A DNA stretch of 64,000 nucleotides from contig OZ024757.1 of NCBI GenBank assembly GCA_964016885.1, forward strand, positions 17,918,001-17,982,000, given 5' to 3'. Positions within the stretch are counted from its first letter, which is position 1; the number at the start of each line of letters is the position of its first letter. Shown here one piece after another: positions 57,189 through 64,000 of this stretch. The position numbers were made by a program, and so were the translations under genes. Under the pieces are notes generated by a model, which was not told the DNA's origin, ran no database searches, and saw only the letters and a program-made list of their open reading frames with translations. This DNA comes from Eledone cirrhosa. Its lineage: Eukaryota.

Positions 57189-57313
57189 ACGTATATATAT
57201 AAGTATATATATATATAAATATATATATATACGTATATATATAAGTATATATATTAAATATATATATATAAATATATATATAAGTATATATATATATATA
57301 AATATATATATAA

Positions 57314-57361
<48 letters not shown>

Positions 57362-57412
57362 TTATATATATACGTATATATAAATATATATATATATACT
57401 TATATATATACG

Positions 57413-57444
<32 letters not shown>

Positions 57445-57445
57445 C

Positions 57446-57479
<34 letters not shown>

Positions 57480-57510
57480 GTATATATATATAAATATATA
57501 TATATATACG

Positions 57511-57552
<42 letters not shown>

Positions 57553-57815
57553 CGTATATATATAAGTATATATATAAATATATATATATATAAATATACA
57601 TATATATATAAATAAATATAATATATATATAAATAAATATATATATATATATATACATGCATATGTAAATATATACACACCTATATATATATATATACAA
57701 ATAAATATATATATATATATATATACATGCATATGTATATATATACACACCTATATATATATATATACATGCATATGTATGTATATATATATAAACATGC
57801 ATATGTATATATTTA

Positions 57816-57854
<39 letters not shown>

Positions 57855-57887
57855 GCATATGTATGTATATATATATATATATGTATA

Positions 57888-58050
57888 TAACAAAGGAATT
57901 GTGGTAAGGGACCAGATGGACCCATAACGCACCAGAGTACTCAATACTTAGGGTAGTAGAGTGGGAAATAGGAAAAAGTAGGACCCTGACGGCAGAAATA
58001 GCCGTCGAAACTGCTTGAGCTCTGCCGTCGGGGTCATACTTTTTCCTATA
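57888..58050. mobile_element. TAACGAAGG-family fold-back element
   Basis: Same body; terminal hairpin TAGGAAAAAGTA..TACTTTTTCCTA. Confidence 0.8.
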
Positions 58051-58240
58051 TATATATATATATATATTTACACTAAATATTGTGGGGTAAGATTCATACA
58101 TTCTTTTGTCAGATAAACTACTAAATCTCTTGAATACGATGCTCCAGTATGACCTTAGTCAAATGACTGAAACATTTAATTACTGATGACACTTTGATAA
58201 ACAGGTGAAACTCGAGTGACAAGACTCACTTTTTCACCTC

Positions 58241-58408
58241 AATAATAACTGTTTCTACTTTTAGTAAAAACCGGCTATTACGTCAGTGCATTACTGGTAC
58301 TTTATTTTATCGTCCCCGTAAGGATGAAAGGCAAAGTTAACCTCGGCGGGATTTGAACTCAGAACACAAATGGTCGTAACTCGATGCTGCAAATCATGGC
58401 GTCCGACG
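58241..58408 (-). mobile_element. tRNA-SINE
   Basis: Same family as 4271-4465. Confidence 0.8.
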
Positions 58409-58459
58409 AATCGTCTCTGCTTCCTCTTTTATTGATAGGAAATATTATGCCTTCTTTTA

Positions 58460-58600
58460 GTTTTTCCGGGTAGTTTACCACTTACAGAGGATCTTTCGAA
58501 GGGATCTGCAGTAGTTTTGCTAATGTTCTCTAGGAGGATTGCTGGGAATCCATCAGGGCCATTGCCAAATATGGTCTCATATCTCTACCACATTTCTCAT
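58460..58600 (-). mobile_element. Degenerate CR1/L2-like RT N-terminal fragment
   Basis: Minus strand GPDGFPAILL..ISKT.ADP...SS.SGKLP. Confidence 0.45.
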
Positions 58601-59429
58601 ATGATATATTTCTGAAACATGTTTAAACACATTGTAAATAATTTATTCTAAATTTCATACATCGTGATGAACTTTAAATACCGGCTAAATAATATATTTT
58701 ATTTCTATCATATTTTATACCGGGGTAAATGATATATTTCTATTTTATTTCCATCATATTTTATACCGGGTAAATAATATATTTCTATTTTATTTCTATC
58801 ATATTTTATACCGGGTAAATAATATATTTCTATTTTATTTCTATCATATTTTATTTGTCTTTCATTATTTTTAATAATTTTAGAGTCTGAAAGACACCAT
58901 GACAACCTATTGCTTTTGTTGTTGTTTTTCATATATTTTAGTTTTTAATTTTATCTCAGGAAAAATAACATTAACAATGTTGTTATTTACGTATTGTTAT
59001 TTTCAGAATATCACTAAAATATATCATTTATTGAAATAGTGATTTTAACTAATTGTAAGTACTTCGTTATATTTATTGAAATATTAAAAATAATATTCTA
59101 TTTTATTATTTTAATTAGTATTTAGCTATTTAAATACAATTAATGAAATATTTGAGGTTGGTATTTTTATATAAATCTTGAATTAATTATTGCAGCGAAT
59201 ATATTTTTTCATTTTTCATTTGTTTCTTGTGAAACCCCAACTAAATATACGACAATACGAACATTGGTGATGAAAATGAAAACAAAATTCAACACACCTG
59301 GAAATTGACAGAATTAGAGACAATGCTCAGTGGAGCTTGGCCGGGGGCTGACTATCAACAAACTAATTAAGGAGACCTGAAAAGCTGTGGCTTTCTCAGA
59401 TAGGAACGTAGAATATAGCATAAGACATT

Positions 59430-59970
59430 CGGAGGGAGAATTTAGGAATAGGAACACAACTTACATAGGTGAGCCCGTAGCATAGGTGAAGAGATAAATG
59501 AACACTGGCATGAAGTCTAAGTTAGGAAAAACTCATCAGCACTCCACCAAAATACCAAAATGGGACATGGGAGCACACTAGAAAACGTAGAGATAAAAAT
59601 CATACCCATACACAGAAAAGACACAATGCTCTGACATATTACAGAAGCGACAAACAAAATCAAACTCTAATCAAAATTAAACAGAAAATATGAGTGCAAT
59701 AACATTACAACTAGTAATTAAAGACAATATACAGTCATTACAACACAAACCAGACACCCACAGATAGCATAATACAATCAAGTAAATAAACACATAGATG
59801 AATAAAACAACCCCACACACACACCCCGATATAACGCATATGCAACCCAAATACACAGCACTCAAACACACAAAAACAAGATGGTGTAAGATAAAGCAAA
59901 TACGACACACATAATAACAAATTAGTCACTGATGAGGTCATAGAATGTGTGAGAAAGCACTTTGGTAATA
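59430..59970 (+). mobile_element. Penelope-like 3' fragment (same family as 1040-2400) ending in a degenerate hammerhead
   Basis: AACACAACTTACATAGGTGA..ATAAATGAACACTGG matches ~1891-1950; CA-CTGATGA-GGTCA..GAAAG CA CTT-TG at ~59927-59963. Confidence 0.7.
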
Positions 59971-60159
59971 GACAAATAAACAACAATACCAACCATACGG
60001 TTATTAAACTGACCAACTGGAAATTTATAATAATTGAAGTGAAAACCAAAAGGTGCGTGTGTTTTTATTAACATGACCCTACCCAAAATATAGCAAAATC
60101 TGTTTCAACACACGTTTTCAGATAAGAAATCATGCAAACAAATTCAAAAACGATATGGT

Positions 60160-61112
60160 CGTCATCATGAGGGATGAGGGTATAGAGAGAGGTGATGTCT
60201 AGGGTGAAGATAGGGTGAGAGGGACCAGGAGGGAAGGTGAAGACAAGGTGAGAGGGACCAGGAGGGAAGGTGGAGGGAAGGTGAAGAGAAGGTGAGAGGG
60301 ACCAGGAGGGAAGGTGAAGGGAAGGTGAGAGGGACCAGGAGGGAAGGTGAAGGGAAGGTGAGAGGGACCAGGAGGGAAGGTGAAGGGAAGGTGGAGGGTA
60401 GGTGAAGGGAAGGTGAAGAGAAGGTGAGAGGGACCAGGAGGGAAAGTGAAGGGAAGGTGAGAGGGACCATAAGGGAAGGTGGAGGGAAGGTGAAGGGAAG
60501 CTGAAGAGAAGGTGAGAGGGACCAGGAGGAAGGTGGAGGGAAGGTGAGAGGGACCAGGAGGGAAGGTGGAGGGAAGGTGAGAGGGACCAGGACGGAAGGT
60601 GAAGGGAAGGTGAAGGGAAGGTGGAGGGAAGGTGAAGGGAAGGTGAAGAGAAGGTGAGAGGGACCAGGAGGGAAAGTGAAGGGAAGGTGAGAGGGACCAT
60701 AAGGGAAGGTGGAGGGAAGGTGAAGAGAAGGTGAGAGGGACCAGGAGGGAAGGTGGAGAGAAGGTGAGAGGGACCAGGAGGGAAGGTGAAGGGAAGGTGA
60801 GAGGGACCAGGAGGGAAGGTGAAGGGAAGGTGAGAGGGACCAGGAGAGAAGGTGAAGGGAAGGTGAAGAGAAGGTGAGAGGGACCAGGAGGGAAGGTGAA
60901 AGGAAGGTGAGAGGGACCAGGAGGGAAAGTGAAGGGAAGGTGAGAGGGACCAGGAGGGAAGGTGGAGAAAAGGTGAGAGGGACCAGGAGGGAAGGTGGAG
61001 AGAAGGTGAGAGGGACCAGGAGGGAAAGTGAAGGGAAGGTGAGAGGGACCAGGAGGGAAGGTGAGAGGGACCAGGAGGGAAGGTGAGAGGGACCAGGAGG
61101 GAAGGTGGAGAG
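60160..61112 (-). repeat. Purine-rich minisatellite grown from a Penelope RT motif fragment
   Basis: Minus strand FTFPPGPSHPIFTLDITSLYTLIPHDD; units GGTGAGAGGGACCAGGAGGGAA / GGTGAAGGGAA. Confidence 0.75.
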
Positions 61113-61548
61113 AGTTAGATAGAGTTAGATAGAGTTAAATAGAGAGATAGAGATAGAGAGAGAGAGAGTGATAGAGATTGAGACATAGAGAGGTATAGAG
61201 AGAGATATAGAGAGAGATAGAGATTGAGACATGGAGAGGTATAGAGAGATATATAGAGAGAGATAGAGATTGAGAGATATATATATAGAGAGTGATAGAG
61301 ATAGATATAGAGAGAGTGATAGAGATTGAGACAGAGATTGAGACAGAGATATAGAGAGAGGTAGAGAGAGATATAGAGAGTGATAGAGATAGATATATAT
61401 AGAGAGAGAGAGATTGAGACAGAGAGGTAGAGAGAGATATATATATATATATAGAGAGAGAGAGATTGAGACAGAGAGGTAGAGAGAAAGAGATATATAT
61501 ATAGAGAGATATATAGAGAGAGATAGAGATTGAGACATAGAGAGGTAG

Positions 61549-61680
<132 letters not shown>

Positions 61681-61743
61681 GAGCGGATTAAATGGTTTAG
61701 TTAGAGAGTAAGTTATAAAATGAGTGAGTGAAGACTTGTAGCT

Positions 61744-61846
61744 ATGTCTGTGTGTTCGACTGGTACAACATCTACAGCTTTCAGCTGTCATGTGTGTACA
61801 GATGATGGTGGGTTTATGTCACTGTGTGTGTGTGTTACAGTGTGTG

Positions 61847-61906
<60 letters not shown>

Positions 61907-62052
61907 AGTGTATGTCAGTGTGTGTTCGACTGGTACAAACACGTACAGCTTTCAGCTGTCATGTGTGTACAAATGATGGTGGGTTTATGTCACTGTGTGT
62001 GTGTGTTACAGTGTGTGGCAGTGTGTGTGTGTGTGTGTGTGTGTGTCTGTGT

Positions 62053-62089
<37 letters not shown>

Positions 62090-62778
62090 AGTGTGTGTGT
62101 CAGTGTATGTCAGTGTGTGTTCGACTGGTACAACACATTCAGCTCTCAGCTGTCATGTGTGTACAAATGATGGTGGGTTTATGTCACTGTGTGTGTGTGT
62201 TACAGTGTGTGTGTGTGTGTGTGTGTGTGTTACAGTGTGTGTGTGTGTTACAGTGTGTGTGTGTGTGAGTTACAGTGTGTGTGTATGTCAGTGTGTGTTC
62301 GACTGGTACAACACCTCCAGCTTTCAGCTGTCATGTGTGTACAAATGATTGTGGGTTTATGTCACTGTGTGTCAGTGTGTATGTGTGTCTCAGTGTGTGT
62401 GAGTGTGTGTGTGTGTTACAGTGTGTGTGTGTGTGAGTTACAGTGTGTGTGTATGTCAGTGTGTGTTCGACTGGTACAACACGTACAGCTTTCAGCTGTC
62501 ATGTGTGTACAAATGATGGTGGGTTTATGTCACTGTGTGTGTGTGTTACAGTGTGTGGCAGTGTGTGTGTGTGTGTGTGTGTTACAGTGTGTGTCTGTGT
62601 GTATGTGTTACAGTGTGTCAGTGTGTGTGTGTGTGTGTGTGTGTATGTCAGTGTGTGTTCGACTGGTACAACACATACAGCTTTCAGCTGTCATGTGTGT
62701 ACAAATGATGGTGGGTTTATGTCACTGTGTGTGTGTGTCACAGTGTGCGTCAGTGTGTGTGTGTGTCACTGTGTGCGT

Positions 62779-62817
<39 letters not shown>

Positions 62818-62932
62818 AGTGTGTGTGTATGTCAGTGTGTGTTCGACTGGTACAACACTCCAGCTTTCAGCTGTCATGTGTGTACAAATGATGGTGGGTT
62901 TATGTCACTGTGTGTGTGTGTTACAGTGTGTG

Positions 62933-62972
<40 letters not shown>

Positions 62973-63127
62973 AGTGTATGTCAGTGTGTGTTCGACTGGT
63001 ACAACACATTCAGCTTTCAGCTGTCATGTGTGTACAAATGATGGTGGGTTTATGTCACTGTGTGTGTGTGTCACTGTGTGCGTCAGTGTGTGTGTGTGTG
63101 TGTGTGTCACTGTGCGTCAGTGTGTGT

Positions 63128-63164
<37 letters not shown>

Positions 63165-63315
63165 AGTGTGTGTGTATGTCAGTGTGTGTTCGACTGGTAC
63201 AACATCTACAGCTTTCAGCTGTCATGTGTGTACAGATGATGGTGGGTTTATGTCACTGTGGTGTGTGTGTCACTGTGTGCGTCAGGTGTGTGTGTGTGTG
63301 TGTCACTGTGTGCGT

Positions 63316-63358
<43 letters not shown>

Positions 63359-63465
63359 AGTGTGTGTGTATGTCAGTGTGTGTTCGACTGGTACAACACG
63401 TACAGCTTTCAGCTGTCATGTGTGTACAAATGATGGTGGGTTTATGTCACTGTGTGTGTGTGTTA

Positions 63466-63520
<55 letters not shown>

Positions 63521-63621
63521 AGTGTATGTCAGTGTGTGTTCGACTGGTACAACACGTACAGCTTTCAGCTGTCATGTGTGTACAAATGATGGTGGGTTTA
63601 TGTCACTGTGTGTGTGTGTTA

Positions 63622-63656
<35 letters not shown>

Positions 63657-64000
63657 AGTGTGTGTGTGTGTGAGTTACAGTGTGTGTGTATGTCAGTGTG
63701 TGTTCGACTGGTACAACACCTCCAGCTTTCAGCTGTCATGTGTGTACAAATGATGGTGGGTTTATGTCACTGTGTGTGTGTGTTACAGTGTGTCAGTGCG
63801 TGTGTGTGTGTGTATGTGTGTGTGTGTGTGTGTCAGTGTGTCTCAGTGTGTGTGTGTGTGGATGTATGTCCCTTGTGTGTATCAGTGTGTGTATGTCAGT
63901 GTGTGTTCGACTGGTACAACACCTACAGCTTTCAGCTGTCATGTGTGTACAAATGGTGGTGGGTTTATGTCAGTGTGTGTGTGTGTCACTGTGTGTGTGT
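61744..64000. repeat. Array of a conserved ~75-bp core separated by variable (TG)n-rich spacers (~13 units)
   Basis: GTGTTCGACTGGTACAACA...CAGCTTTCAGCTGTCATGTGTGTACAAATGATGGTGGGTTTATGTCAC. Confidence 0.95.

Noticed and set aside
61744-64000. CRISPR-like repeat-spacer appearance
   Set aside because: The spacers are TG microsatellite and similar to each other, the repeat is too long, there are no cas genes and the context is eukaryotic.

Overview
AT-rich, repeat-dominated animal genomic DNA, most likely octopus/cephalopod (inferred from the SINE families, microsatellite load and protease type). I can reconstruct one complete host gene by hand: a 7-exon secreted S1A chymotrypsin-like serine protease on the + strand (25218-45510, 263 aa, intact His/Asp/Ser triad, including a 16-nt microexon). 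The rest is retroelement debris (Penelope-like, RTE, L1/Tx1, CR1, CRE-like, Helitron, tRNA-SINEs), microsatellites and satellites. The most striking signal is a dense population of small, non-coding elements embedded in (TA)n: about 15 minimal type-I hammerhead ribozyme motifs, arranged either as ~460-bp A-B(HHR)-A partial tandems (retrozyme-like) or as fold-back inverted pairs (Penelope pseudo-LTR-like). Three tandem arrays appear to have been seeded from retroelement sequence (CRE endonuclease, SINE head, Penelope RT). Most ORFs in the supplied track are microsatellite artefacts. All calls were made by eye; no database searches were run.
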